This document shows positions 29,601 to 43,269 of a stretch of DNA of 64,000 nt, one piece after another. Both the position numbers and the translations under genes were made by a program. Under the pieces are notes generated by a model. The model was given only the letters and a program-made list of their open reading frames with translations. It did not search any database and was not told the origin of the DNA. Source of the stretch: the human T2T-CHM13v2.0 reference genome, Homo sapiens. The first letter of the stretch is position 1. Each line of letters opens with the position of its first letter. The stretch is from the NCBI RefSeq assembly GCF_009914755.1, contig NC_060942.1; one strand, written 5' to 3'.

Positions 29601-30099
29601 GAGAGTGGAAGAATATCTTAAACAGACATGCAGAAAACAACCGTCATGGAATGAGATCTCTTTCTTTTCCCTTCTCCTCCTAAAACTCACTGAGAAACAA
29701 TGAAGAAATCAAGAAATTGAAACAAAGACCCCATATTCTATGAATCCTAGAGATACCTGCAACCCCAATTCATGTATGTTACAGATACACATATTATGTG
29801 AAGAGAGAAAGTTGATGATGATGAAACAGTAAATGACTTAGTGAGATGTTAGGAAGATGAAACCTAAATGACTATACAGGGTGATACTGGTGGACTGCAA
29901 GTCTGTTTAACCTGCAGAATTCTGAGAAGGCTCAGGAATTAGAGGTGCCACACACCATAAAATGCAGGGAGGCAGGTAGGGGCTGAAAACAAGGAGTTGG
30001 TTTAGATGTTGGTCTAAGTATTTTGTCTCCTGGGAGCCCACCCTCACTGCATTTAGGGGATCTCTTCTGTCATCTCCCCAGCAAATATTCTTTTGAATT

Positions 30100-31280
30100 A
30101 CAGAAGTTCTAGAAAGAAAATAGGAGAAATGAAAAATTTTTAACACATTATACAAGCAAAATTTTTGAGACTGAAGGACGTTTATTTCTGATAGAAGGGG
30201 CTTTCCAAATGCTAGTAAAATAAATTTTAAAGGATACATAGCAATATTTATAATCACAAAATTTCAAAATATGTGAAAATAATCAATGGCCATTAAAAAA
30301 CAATAACAGTAAAAGCAAACACACAAGCAAAAAAAAAAGGATTTAAGTAAAATAAAAATACTATAGGCCAAGTTAAAGGTAAAGACAAACTGGAAAATAC
30401 TATTTGCAGTTACCATCACAAAGAACTTACATTCTTAATAAGTGAAGAACTCTTAGAAATACAAAAGCAGAAGCCCACATCTAATAAACCAAAGTGTCTC
30501 AGCAGTTAGGTTACAGAAGAGGAAATATAAATAGTACTTAAAATATGAAAAAAGTTTCAGCCTCATTCATGAGATGCAAATTAAGATTTAAATTATATGT
30601 ATATATGTTTGTGTATATATATATATATACATATGTAAGATTTATGACATATACATATATAATTATATATATGTATAGAAAGATTGGCAAAAATATAAAA
30701 CATTGATAACTCAATTTGGCAAAGTCATTGGGAAACAGATCCTTATATAAATTTGATTAGCATATAATTATAATCGGCACAACCATTATATATGGACTAT
30801 TGTATCAAAGTTAGATTTAAAAATACACTGTAACCTATTACTTATTGATTCAATGGCAATGTATGTTTCAGATATACTTGCATACTGGTACAAGATTTGA
30901 AACCACAAAAAAATGACAAAGGAAATACACATATAAACAATGACAAAGTTAATACATTTAGTGGAATGATATGTAGCTATAAAAATATGTACTGATATGC
31001 AAGATCTTCAAGATAGATTATTAAGTTAAAAATCAAAGAGGTAAGTACCATGTGGAATGTCCTCTTTTTTGTATTAAAAAAGTGGAGAAAAGACATAATT
31101 TTACTTGTATTTGCATGAAGAAACTCTAGAAAAATACCAAAAAAGGTATTAAAATTGGCTGTCTTTCTAGGTGATGAATAAGTGAAAGGTGATTTTCACT
31201 TATTGTTTTATGATTGTATTTGCACTCTTTGGCTATTTAAATTATGTACAGGTAGTTTTGGGATATAATATAACAAATTT
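30100..31280 (+). mobile_element. Ancient L1ME 3' fragment with embedded (TA)-rich repeat
   Basis: GACAAACTGGAAAATACTATTTGCA, AAAGTTTCAGCCTCATTCATGAGATGCAAATTAA and GATTGGCAAAAAT motifs. Confidence 0.65.
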
Positions 31281-32574
31281 TAAAATTTACTGCTCTTCTT
31301 ATTTTCTCAAAGTTTAGCTCTTTCATAGTCTTTTAAGTCTGACCTTTTGGCATCTCTTTGAATGTGTTGATAGGAATATAAACTTTATTTTGAGGAAGAG
31401 AAAGGGATTGGTTCTGGGGGAGCAGATGACATGGCATGGCATATGTTGGCTGGCATTTCCCTTAGTTGGAGTTGAGTTGGATGGAGATGGCTTTGGAGTG
31501 ATGCAACACCAACTTTTCATAAAGCAAATAGCTCAAGCTTCCACTGCAGATTTTAAGCAGCTTTTCTGTTAAGATTATGCCCTCCTCAGCTTGAGAATAA
31601 CTGAGTCATAGGCAAAAAACAAAAGAATCCTGTTCATGCTCAACTTCAGGAGACTCTGAACCCAAGCATTGCAAATGGGGCATCTTCATTTCAAGACTTG
31701 TGCCGCGTGTTCACTCCAGCTTGGACACCATGATTGCTCTGACAGATTGGTCACAAACTGATGGCTTTGAGATCATGAAGATTTAACACACTTGTGGTAC
31801 ACAATGGTGCTTTGAGAGTAGGCACCGTCTACAGTGGGGATAGCAGGGCTTCCTAAGAGGAGATCCTCCTCATGGTGGAGCCAGAGTGTAGAGAGAGGGA
31901 CACAGGAGATGTTGCATGTGACCAGGACAGACTGCTTTGAAAACACATGTAACAACACAGGATTAAGAAGGAGGTGGATTTCAGGGAGTGGGTTAACTTG
32001 CATAAGCATAAATGGGCGGGAGAAAAAAAACTGCTGGAAATTAATGTAATCCTCCTCATGTGTCATTTGTATGCTTAGTGATGTTTGGAGAGGGGTGTAT
32101 AAGGATGGAAAATGTGGAAACATAAATAACCAGTGCTAGGAAACTGGCTAAATAAGCTATCAAATCGTGTTTGCAGGGAATCCTTTATTATGTAGAATAA
32201 TCTTAACATATTCCTGTGTCATGTATGGCTCCCTAGTTGTAACAACAACAAAAGAATATAATATTCTGATAAAACTTAAGCAGAAATAAATTTATTGGTG
32301 AAATATAGAGCAGCTTATGTAATTTAAGGAAAACTTCAGGGAGAGCAGGCACAGAACCACTGAAGAGGTCTCAAGAGGAGGAGGCAATGGATGTCTTAAG
32401 TCTGGCACTGTCAGAATGAATCACTTCCAACCAATTTGCATCCTTATTCATTCCAGGAAGAAGGCTTTTTTTGCTTAAATTGCCTCCTAAGAAAACTCTC
32501 AGCTAGAGTAGGGCAAGAATCTCTAAAGCTGCACATAAGAGGAAGGGTAGACCCCCAAAGGAAAATTGGGGTAG

Positions 32575-32672
32575 TGTGTATGCGTGTGTGTGTGACAGAG
32601 AGATAGAGATAGAGAGAGAGAGACAGAGAGATAGAGACAGAGAGGGGATGGTGGGGGGGAGAGAGAGAGAGA
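32575..32672. repeat. Compound (TG)n/(AG)n microsatellite
   Basis: Visible directly in the sequence. Confidence 0.9.
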
Positions 32673-32712
32673 CTACCTTTCTAGCTGTGTGACCTTGAGC
32701 AATGACCTTGAG

Positions 32713-33115
32713 TCACTGTTCTCCAGAGGAACAGAGCCAATAGGATGTCTGTGTATATATATAGAAAGATTTATTTTAGGAACTTGGCTCATACAATTAT
32801 GGAGGCTGCCAAGTCCACAATTTGCAGGGTGGACCAGTAGGCTGGAGACACAGGTAGGAGCCAATGATGCAGTTCGAGTCTGAAAGCAATGTGCTGGCAG
32901 AATTCTTTCCTCCTCCAGGGATTTTTTTTTTTTTTTTTTCAAGCCTCAACTGATTGGATGAGGCCCACTCATATTATGGAGCACAATTTGCTTTACTTAA
33001 ATTTCGCCCATTTAAATGTTAATCTCATCTAAAAGCACACTCAGAGAAATAAAGTTTGACCTCATATCTGGGAACCTTAGCCCAGCCAAGTTGATCCACA
33101 GAATTAACCATTGCA
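32713..33115 (-). mobile_element. ERVL MLT2B-type solo LTR inserted in a MIR
   Basis: TTCTCCAGAGGAACAGAGCCAATAGGA...CCAGCCAAGTTGATCCACAGAATTAACCAT; MIR core on both flanks. Confidence 0.85.
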
Positions 33116-34099
33116 GGTAAATGACTTAACTCCTATGTCTCCCTTCTTGTACCTGTAAATGGTGATTATCATAGCACCCATCTCACAGAGCTGTTGAAAT
33201 TATTAGACACAGAGCAGTCAGAACAGTGACTTGTCCATGGAAATAGCAATACATATTTTCTGTTTTCTATTGGTATTCTGTAATGAAGATTTAATCCTTT
33301 TATAATCAGAAAGTAAATGTTGTTGGTGTCCAGATTGGACCTTTCTGCATGGCCATGGTTACTGAAGTTCTGATGGCCAAACTAGTTTGCAGTGATTTGA
33401 GCCTTCTTATCCCTAGCAAACCTAAGGGAAACTTGGGAACAAGCAACACAACATCACAAAGATGTCCATGTCATGGAGGGTCACGTGAATTATGAAAATC
33501 TTCTCTCCTTCTGCAATATTTCATCATCCTCCCCTGCTTTGCTCCGTACAGTCATGAGAGGATACCACCTCCTTGACAATAGCAGGGGGAGGATAAGGAG
33601 AGGTGTGAGAGGTTGTCATCACTGCAAACTTTGTTCCTGATTCAAATAATTTTGTGTTTGTGAGAATCTTCATCTTTTTCATGAGCTGGTGGCATTTTTG
33701 AATCACGGCATTTGCCCAAGACCACTGATCCAGGTACTCATTGCATAAAGGGGTTTGTCCCTGTAGCCAATATTAATAGAATGAACAAAATCTACAGTTA
33801 CATAAATCTTATATCAAGTAGGGAAATATAAAGTAAAAGGTTAGGTTATTCTTGAGTGGCTTTGCTTAGTCAGTAAGAACAAGCAGACTTGTCATGTTAA
33901 TACTCAAATACTGAGAGACAAGGGGAAAAATTAGTCAACAGAGCAGTTCCCATCTCAGGCCCTAGCTGTGTAACCAGTGACACACCAGAATTGATCTTGC
34001 AATTCTGACCAGTTATTTATCCTCTCCAAAAGCTTCCCAAAGTCTGTTTTTAGAATGAGGTCCCTGAGTTTAGGCCTTTCCACTGGTTCCCCCTTCTAT

Positions 34100-35170
34100 A
34101 CCTCCCTTCCTTTTCTCCAGTCCCTTCAGTCAGGCACTTACAGCCCCAGACTATGTAAATTGCTCCTCCCAAGGTCAGAAATAGCACCCAACTTTTCAGC
34201 AGCATTTTATGTGATTACCACTGCCTCCTATATGGAGTACTCCTTTCCATTCCTGCCCCTGCACTCTCCTTGTTTGTTTTCCTTGTGTTCTTACCGGCTC
34301 TTTCTCAGCCACATTTTCTAACTCTTCTTGATTTACTAGGCCATGGTGGGAAAGCCCTGATTCTATTCATACTCTTCTTCTCTTCTCCCTGCATGCTATT
34401 AGCACGAATGTGTAAATTGCTAATTAAAAGACAAGAAAGTTCTGAAGTTGACAATCTCATCTGGTCTCATGGCTTAAATATAAACCCTATATCACTGACT
34501 CTCAATTTTTTTTTCTCCAATTCTTCCCCTTCTTTCTCGAGCTTAGGCATATATGGGTAAGTACCCACGGACATCCCCACTGGATGGCCTAACACAATTG
34601 GCACATCTAAACCGGTCCCAGACCAAGCACCACAATTTCTCACCTACACCCCTGCAATAGCTCTGCATGGACCTCCTGTTTTTCTTTTGTTCTCCTGATT
34701 ACACTGTCCACATTACAGTCCAAACGATCTGCTAGGGCATAAATCTCTCTGCTTCCTCATTTCCATGCCATTCTATTGAAATTAATACAGATTCCAAACT
34801 CCTTTTCATGATCTCAGTGGCCTGGTCCAGATTTCCTTTCTAACTCCATCTCCATCTACCTTCCCTTACCACACTCCAGCTACACTGATCTTTTGATCCA
34901 CAGATGCACCAACCTCATTCTTTCTCTTTCTTTTCCAAGGCTCTCCGTCTTTGAACTTATTCTTTCCTTTAGAAAACTTTTTCATCTGACAGTTGCTTGC
35001 CTGTCAGACATGCTATCCCACGACGATCTATCAAAGCATACAGGTAGACCTTTGTGACACTATTCTTCAAAACATTCACCACTGCTAGAAGTAAGTTATA
35101 TAGCGTATTTAGCATTTATAGGCTTATTAGGAATAATAAGCCCCTTTCTCCACCAATTAAATCCAAGCTC
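34100..35170 (+). mobile_element. L2 remnant (3' tail resumes at about 35610-35650)
   Basis: TGACAATCTCATCTGGTCTCATGGCTTAAAT, GACATCCCCACTGGATG and CACTCCAGCTACACTG. Confidence 0.6.
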
Positions 35171-35172
35171 TA

Positions 35173-35554
35173 CTAGAGTTACCATTTCAAAGGACCACAA
35201 ATTGGGTGGCTTAAAACAACAGAAATTTATTCTTTCATAGTTCTGGAGGCTTGAAGTCAGAAATCCGTGTGTCAGCAAACCATGCTCCCTCAGAAGGCTC
35301 CAAGGAAGAATGCTTTCTTGCCTCTTTCTAGCATCTGGGGATCCTTGGCACCCCGTGGCTTGCAGCTTCACCACCCCAGTCTCTGCTTCTGTCTTCCCAC
35401 GGCCTTCCTGTCTGTTGGTCTCCAAATCTCTTGCTCCTTATAGTAACATCAGTCATTGGATTTGGGACTCACCCCAACCCAACATGACTTCACCTTAACT
35501 TCATCAAGGGTTTAGGAATTGAACATATCTCTTGGAGGCACATAATTCAACCCC
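35173..35554 (-). mobile_element. MaLR MLT1B/C-type LTR
   Basis: ACCACAAATTGGGTGGCTTAAAACAACAGAAATTTATT...CATAATTCAACCC. Confidence 0.85.
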
Positions 35555-35741
35555 TGGGTTGCTGCTGTATACTATGCTGTATACTATGGAGGCACTGCTG
35601 TATACTATGTCAGGTGCCTAGAACATAACAATTACTCAATAAGTATTCCTATCTGCCTGAAACACTCTCTCCCTCTCTCTCTGTCCACTGCAAGTATGCG
35701 ACTATGCAGTTGTATAGTGTGAGGAAATTCGGGAATATTAA

Positions 35742-36255
35742 CCATTTTCTCATTTGCCCCAAGAATACTCTCTGATGGCACTTGAGGCTACAGTGTTTAC
35801 CCCAAGACAACTTTGCCAGAAATATCTCACTTTTATTATCATTTTCGCATTGCTCTAGTATATCAACGTTGTAAACAAAAGACATCATTCTATTTATACG
35901 ATTCTGTTTTTAGTAGTGGTATTTCCACTTACAAAATATAGTAATTCTCAATTGCTGAAAATGTCGTATTCTAGAAAACACCATTCCTACGCATGATGTT
36001 AACATCGTTCTGGAAGAGTTGTTGGCCGAAGATTCACTTGATGAATCCAATTTTTCCAGAATAGATGATTCTGATGATTCAAACGATTCTGATGTTAATC
36101 CTGTTTAGAAATAGCTCCAAGAACAGTTTTTATATCTTATTTTCACGTTGAAAATCAGTCAGATGTGCTTTAACCCCAAAGAGTTTGAGTTGTTTATGTA
36201 AAAATAAATGTTGGCATCGAGCTGCACTTTTTTTTTTTCTAAATAGTAAGAAGGG
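35742..36255 (+). mobile_element. MER75, non-autonomous piggyBac element, full length (514 bp)
   Basis: TTAA TSDs at 35738-35741 and 36256-36259; CC(A)TTTT...AAGGG termini; carries a PGBD4-like acidic N-terminal coding remnant. Confidence 0.93.
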
Positions 36256-36384
36256 TTAATGATGAGGGGTTGAGATGTTCCAAATGCTTAATCTATATTA
36301 TGCAGTGTGGCTGAAAACACTGTACGCTGTTTCTGCTCACTCCATCACCCTTACTTTTGTTCATGGGCCCTTCTCTCTGGCGTA

Positions 36385-36528
36385 TTTTTTATTTTATTTT
36401 TATTTTTATTTTTTAGAGACAGGGGTCTCACTATGTTGCCCAAACTGGCCTTGATCTTCTGGGCTCAAGCAATCTTCCCACCTCAGCCTCCGAGTCGCTG
36501 GGATTGCAGGTACACACCACTACAACTG
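36385..36528 (-). mobile_element. FLAM_A / Alu monomer
   Basis: GGTCTCACTATGTTGCCC...CTCAGCCTCCGAGTCGCTGGGATT monomer with T-rich tail. Confidence 0.8.
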
Positions 36529-38941
36529 CTCTTTCTGAATGATTATTCTTCCTGCTACTCCATATTTTTCTACCTTCTAGGCCCCCAAATCAAGTTGTCT
36601 TCTGCTTAGGTCTCCGTAATACAAGCTAGGTTTCTGATTCAAACAACAACTGAATATGGTTAATGAAGCCGCCTCTGTTATCGCCCCAACTATTGCCTGT
36701 TTTCCTCATTTCTGTGCCACGATTCTTCCTCTGGTGTTTTACACAAACTCTATTCTACATGTGGATTCTGCTTTCTTTGTGTTCTTCTTACTGGTTTCTT
36801 CTTTCAGCCTTCCTTGTATTATCTGGCCTCTGGCTGCCACTTATTTTGCTGATGCAGACACACAGACCTCTTTTATCATCTACCCTCTCAGGGATTTACA
36901 GTTTACCTCTGGATGTTCCATCAACCCATGAACTTCCACTGCAGCATTTAAAACATATTTTATTATAGAGTTAGGAAAAAATGTGGACAAAGTATTACAG
37001 TGTTGGCTTCTAAATGTGATTGTGTGTGATTTTAACTTTTTTTTTTCTTGCAAATCTTTTAAAATATTTTTTCCTCAATGGAATTTTTTATAGCAATCAT
37101 GGGTTTCACTGTTGGGGGGTTATTTGGGTAATGTCTCATCCCTCTGATCCAGTAGTTACACAAATGGCAGTAACTCATTGAGAAGTAACTCTTCACCGTT
37201 TAACAGAAAATGAAAGTAGTATTTGAAACATTAGATAATTTCACAAATATCACACACCTAGAAAGTGGTTGAACCAGGATTAGAACCGATTCTTGTCAAT
37301 CCTAAAAGTCCATTTATTTTCACTGACTATATTCTCTGTTTAGAAATGTTTCAAGAAAGTGCAGTTTTACATTAGCTGTGTATTTATACACAAATATATA
37401 TAATTATATATGTATTATATATATGTAGTGCTTAGTAAATATTTAACAGATAGATGTCATTGAACTCATTCTTACTGATATAAAGAGATCACGAATTGTG
37501 AGAAATCACCAGATCTTCTTTTCTGTTCAATACCTCATCTATGTTTTCTCCCACAGGAGTTCAAACCTTGTCTCCTAGTTATGAACTTCCAGCCTGAGCC
37601 AAACTAGAATCTCCATTGCTCCCTGTGGGTTTCTCCCACGTTGCACCTGTGCTACCCTTTTCCCCTTACTAAATACTCTTGTTCCAAGACGTATCCAGTT
37701 CCTAATTTCTATGGTACCCCAACTAGAATTTGACCTTCGAGGCTCTGCTCTCTTAATGGCTCTCACTCTGACACCTCTCATCTCTGAAATTCTGCCATAT
37801 TTTCTGTGTGTAGTGCCTCTCAGGGACTTGAAAAGTGGCCTCTTATTTTGTCATTCATTGTCTATGTATAGAAATAGCTCATCCTTAATAACTGTGGAAG
37901 TATCATTTACTTCTTGGTTTCTCTGGATCCTAACACTTAAAAGACACTAAGTAAGAGTCTAAGGCATTGGACAATGCAGAGAAGTTTTACATATAACACA
38001 ATGTAGCAGGGCAGTAGGTTAGTAAAGCTGTTATTGTTATTTCTCTTTGTTTTTTGTTTTTTTTTTTTCCTTTCAGCCTGGACAGACTATGACATATATT
38101 ACACTTCTTTGTATCTTCAGTGTCCCAGCTTGCTGCCTGGAATATAGCAAGTAGTTAATAATACCAATTAAATTTAACTCAATTAAGGACACTTTTTTGG
38201 AGAAGGTGAATTTCCAGAGTTGTTTAAATAATACAAAATAACACTTGATAAGTTCTTAGAAAAGGAATGACATTCCAAACATATTGCTTTTTTCTAGCAT
38301 ATTTTTAAAAGGAAATAAAAAGGAGGGAAAAGGTAGAAGCAAGTGCCTGGATGAAAAACCAAGTAACGTAAATTTTAAATTGCCACATAAAGAATTATAG
38401 AAACTTTCTATTTCTGCAATAATTTAGTCACATCATTTTGATTTTGCCTTTAGAGCAATCTTGCTGGATTCCTCAATTTATGTTTTCATTTTAAGGATTT
38501 TCAAATAGAAATATTGTATCCTCTGAGTTAAGAGATATAAAATGCAAGCATATATCTCAAAGAAAATGCATTATTTTATTCACATAAGTAGAAATCACAG
38601 TTCTTTAGATAGCATCTGTCTTACAAGAATGTAGGAAAAAATCACACTACAGGTTTCCAGTTTTATACCTATTTTTTCTTTTTTTTACTGAAAACAGCCT
38701 TCTAATTGCTCTGCTAGGATTTATGTAGTAAATAGAGAAAAGCAATTATTTTCAAAGGGTATTTGTTTTCATAGAAGTCATCAAGAAACAAACATTAGTA
38801 CAGGCATACTTTTACCGAGATTGAAAATATGGGTAGGTTATAATTGCTCAAATGCAGTTTAAGGAAGTTTTGAACAGAAATAGTAAGGAAAACAAGATCA
38901 GGCAAAAGCATTAACAAGTCGTAGAAAGCTTGGAAATATAC

Positions 38942-39016
38942 AACACACACACACACACACACACACAACACACACACACACACATATATATATGTGTGTG
39001 TATATATATATATATG
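38942..39016. repeat. Compound (CA)n(TA)n(TG)n(TA)n microsatellite
   Basis: Visible directly in the sequence. Confidence 0.92.
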
Positions 39017-39484
39017 CACACTACAAGTTATACTAGTGCATAGAACATTGGAAGGAATTGAAGAGGGCCCCAGAAATGAGGACCAGGCTCATATATAGAA
39101 AGGATCTGCCCCAGATCAAAAGCAGTCCAAGAAGCACTGGGGCTGAAATCAAAGAGAAAGGAATTCAGAACACTTCTAATTAGTATTCAAAAATACAAGT
39201 GTATGTTTTTGTAATGCCTGATAATGATAAGAGCTAAGAGATGATAATTTACTCTTTTTCTTCATTTTATAGATTTTTCCCTCTCCTTTGTGAAATTAGC
39301 AGACAAAGCCTAATTATGTGTCCTGTGATGTAAACTTCTTAGGTTGAGAGTTGCATACCATCTCTTTCTACACTTGCACTGCCTAAACTAAGGGTCCAAG
39401 GCATAATCATAGCAGTTGTATCTAGCAGTCATTGACTGCTTACCATGCTAGTAATTAGGTACATATATTAACAAACAGTTAGGA

Positions 39485-39948
39485 GTTGAATTATATCCCC
39501 TAAAAAGATTTATTAGATCTATTAGAGTTTTAACCCTTGAACTTCAGGATGCAATCTTATTTGAAAACATGGTTGTTGTGAATGTAATCACTTAAGACGG
39601 GGTCATATTGGAATAAGGTATGCCCTTAATTCAAAATGATTAGTGTCTTTATAAGACAGAGACTCAGAGTGAATGACCAAGAGAAGACACAGACACAGGG
39701 GCAAACACCAAGGGAAGATGGAGGCAGAGACTGGAGTGATGCGTTCCTAAGCCAAGGAATGCCTGGGACCACTGAAGCTGGAAGAGGCAGGGTATGATCC
39801 TCCCCCAGCGGGCTTGGAGGGAGCATGGCCTTGCCAACCACTTGATTTCTGATTTCTACCCTCATAACTGTGAGAGAATACATTTGTGTTGTTCTAAGCC
39901 ACCCAGTCTGTGGCACATTTTTACAGCAGCTCTAGGAGACTTAGGACA
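39485..39948 (+). mobile_element. MaLR MLT1C-type LTR inserted in a MIR
   Basis: GAAGATGGAGGCAGAGACTGGAGTGATGC...GAAGCTGGAAGAGGCA...AAGCCACCCAGT...CAGCAGCTCTAGGA. Confidence 0.85.
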
Positions 39949-41639
39949 CCCAGTTAATCCTTATTATAGCCCATGTGATTATGGTCCTGTTCCTTTCCCA
40001 TGTAACAGGTAAGGAGGCCAAGTGGCAACAATGCAAAGCAACAAGCCCAGGGTTACAGTGGCAGGACCAAGAACCCATCATAGGGGGCTTGGCTCCAGAA
40101 TCCATGCTCGTGATGCCATGCTATGTAGGATACTGCAAAACATTTGCTGGTTAAGTGAATTAGTACCTTGATGTATAATATTGCTCTACAGTTCATGGGC
40201 ATATGCAAAATCACTCCTCAATATATTGTTTTAAATTGCATTTTAAAAACAGTGGAAACAATCAAAATCTTGCAATAAGGTTTATGGTTGCTGCCCCAAC
40301 CCGTTTCTACCAATTACTCACTAGTCAGACAGTTAGCTTTCATTCAATTCTAATAGGGTGCCTTATGTCTAATTATTTTTTTAAACCTTTATGGGTAGAA
40401 ACTAAGAAAATGGCTATTTCAGAGCTCTGAGCAGCTGTTCATCTCTGAGAAAGACCATTTCTTTTTTTCTTGAAAAACCGCTGCAAGTATCTAACAAGTC
40501 AAAACGAGATACCTAAGACAACCTTTTGCAACTGAGTGGCTAAATTTCCTTTTTGAAAGGAAATAAACGCGTGGGTAGGCTTCAGTAGAGTTCACTGTCT
40601 TTGGTTGATGTATCTGTTCATGAGTATTCTAGTTTGGGAAACTGTGTCAGCTGCTTTGCTAGGTGTCCTTAACTCTGATCACACTCTCCAAATAAGAAAT
40701 TTGCCAGTAACTGCAAAATTATAGGATATTTGCTATCTAATCATCCCTTTAGACCCAGCGAAATGGTCTGCATTGCAGGAGAACCAGTTTCTGGGTTGCA
40801 ATTCTCCAGTCGGGGCGGAAGGGAGGAACACAGCACTACTTGATCCCTACGGATAAAGTGGCTCCCTGTCATTGCCCAGTTAAGTGGAGAGATACTCTGA
40901 TGAGCTGGCCTAGTGTTACACTAGCAGCTGGGGAGCATGACCAGAAACAACTTCCAGTATCCTTTTCAAACATCAAATGACTGACTATTCCAGTAGCACT
41001 CTGTCCCTCTTGCTCATATTTAAACATTTCAAAACCTAACTACTGTTGAGGCCATAGGAGTCTTAAGCCTTCAAATGAATAATTCTTCCCAGTCCAGAGA
41101 AAAGGCCTCTTAGGGAAAGGTTGAAAGAGAAAGTTAAGCTCTACTTTATAAAGGTCAGGGCACTTAAAGCTTTGTCAGGTGCAGACAGATCCTGCCCTTG
41201 CCTTTCAGAAAGGCTTGCAGGTGTGATGTCTTTAGTGCAGACTGAGGCTGAGAGGCTTATGGGTTTTATACAAGAGGAAGCTCCTTTGCTTCTTCCTTCG
41301 TGCATGAAGACTGCTGACAATGGCTTACGGGCACATATAAACAATGAGGTCAACAATCAGCTTATTAATTAGAGAGAGTATAACCCAATCTAAAGATCAA
41401 AACTATTCTTCAGATATCATATGCCAACGCAATTATTCTACACAGAACGGCAGCATCATTATGGAATTTTAATGGCTAGCTAGAGATGTCGGGCAACTCT
41501 ATTGGTTTTATTGGAACTTATTTTTCTCATTATATAAAATGAGGTGAAATTTTTAAATTCCTGGGATCTTTTTTTGTGAAACTGTGACACACATTGAAAA
41601 CCCACACAGAAGAGAGGAAGGAGCCCTTCCTTAGAGCCA

Positions 41640-41810
41640 AGAGTTTCATCATCAAATCTCAGCTTACTGGTTAACTCAGTAACATTGCACAGGTTGTTGA
41701 AATTCCAATCCCCAATTTCATCATTTGTAAAATAAAGATATTTATACTGACCTTCAGACCTGTTGTAGCAATAAGCGAAGATAATATATACAAAGCAATT
41801 CTATTATACC
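41640..41810 (+). mobile_element. MIR
   Basis: CCCAATTTCATCATTTGTAAAATAAAGATA core. Confidence 0.55.
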
Positions 41811-42197
41811 TGTTGATAACTTTTACCACATTTCCTTTCTCTGTCTACTCATTCTTTCTAAACCCAGGGAGATGGTCCACACTGAGGAATAACCAATTTC
41901 TGAGTTGCACTCCTCATTTCTGGCAGAAAATTTTCTATTTTTTAAAGTGCAGTTTTGATTAACTTCTAACATTATGCCTGGCTGACCGCTGGTTTCCACA
42001 AACAAGTGGCTGTTTAAAGAATGCAGGAGTAAAGGAATAAATGAACAAATGCTAGCTATGCAAATGTTCTTCCAGCATCTGGCTCTGTCTGTAGCTGGCC
42101 ATTATGAAAAACCTTCCAAAAGCTGCCATGCTCTAGTAAGATGGATATGACCTAATTATTTGATTAAAGCACCTTTTAAAAAATAAATCTATTCTCT

Positions 42198-42496
42198 TTT
42201 TTTTGAGACAGTGTCTTAGCTCTGTTGCCCACGCTGGAGTGCAGTGGTATGAACATGGTTCACGGCAGCCTTGACCTCCTGGTTTCAAATGATCCTCCCA
42301 CCTCAGCCTCCTGAGTAGCTGGAGGCTACTCAGGCACATGCCACCATACCTGGCTAATTTTTTTTTGTTATTTTTTTACAGAAACAGGATCTCCCCATGT
42401 TGCCCAGGCTGGGCTCGAGCTCCTGGGCTCAAGTAATTCTCCCATCTCGGCCTCCCAATATGCTGGGATTACAGGCATGAGCCACCATCCCCTGCC
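42198..42496 (-). mobile_element. AluJ
   Basis: J features GCAGCCTTGACCTCCTGG and CTCCTGGGCTCAAG; TSD approximately AAAAATAAA(TC/GT)TATTCT. Confidence 0.9.
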
Positions 42497-43269
42497 AAAA
42501 ATAAAGTTATTCTTTTTAACATGAAACAGTTTACCTTCAGCAATTACACTAACATTTTATCGAATGTACCTCTCATATGAAGTTTATGAAATAAAAATAA
42601 TTACCCCATTGTAAACTTAAGAGAGTCTCAGAATAATTGAAATTTTTTCCAAGGTGACTTAGGTAGAAATTAGCAAAATCATGACTTATACCTTGGAGCA
42701 TCTGATTCCAAAGCTACTAATATTGATCAGTACATTATACGGCCTGAAGTTTAATTGGATGGTGCTCACACACTAGTTAGAGAATGAAGCCACAAGCACA
42801 CGTAACTATAGATAAAAAGAAAAATAAACTAAGGTCTGTGAGACTGCAGAGGAGAGTTGACCCCTACTTGGTAGACTGCCCAGTGATCTTTGCATATTTG
42901 CTGGTCTTTACACTTCCTTTGAGAAAATGGCAAATTTTGACAGGGGGATAAGATTTTAGGGAAATGAAGTGCAAATTATGGCATGAAGAATGATATATGT
43001 TTATTATCCAGTCATTGGTTTTAGTTGGAACACAGCGTATGATGTTGGGGGTAGCTGGTGAGCAGGCTGGAAAGGAAAATTGTGCCATCTTTTTTATTTT
43101 ATTTGGAATACAGAGGAATGCTATGTATATTTCATCCAGTGAATGGCATGCTCAGAGCTGGTTTAAGAGGACTGATCTGGTTGAGGTGTGAAAGGTAGAA
43201 GGGAGAGAGGAAATGCCAATGGTAAGAAGCCAAGTTAAGAAGCAGTTGAAATAATTCTGATGAAAAGAA

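Noticed and set aside
36656-36968. Two overlapping hydrophobic ORFs (91 and 101 aa) resembling membrane proteins
   Set aside because: Explained by pyrimidine-rich strand bias; no recognisable domain or splice context.
37530-39275. Strong-looking splice acceptors at about 37556, 38076 and 39272
   Set aside because: No convincing paired donor or coding frame; such tracts are common in AT-rich DNA.
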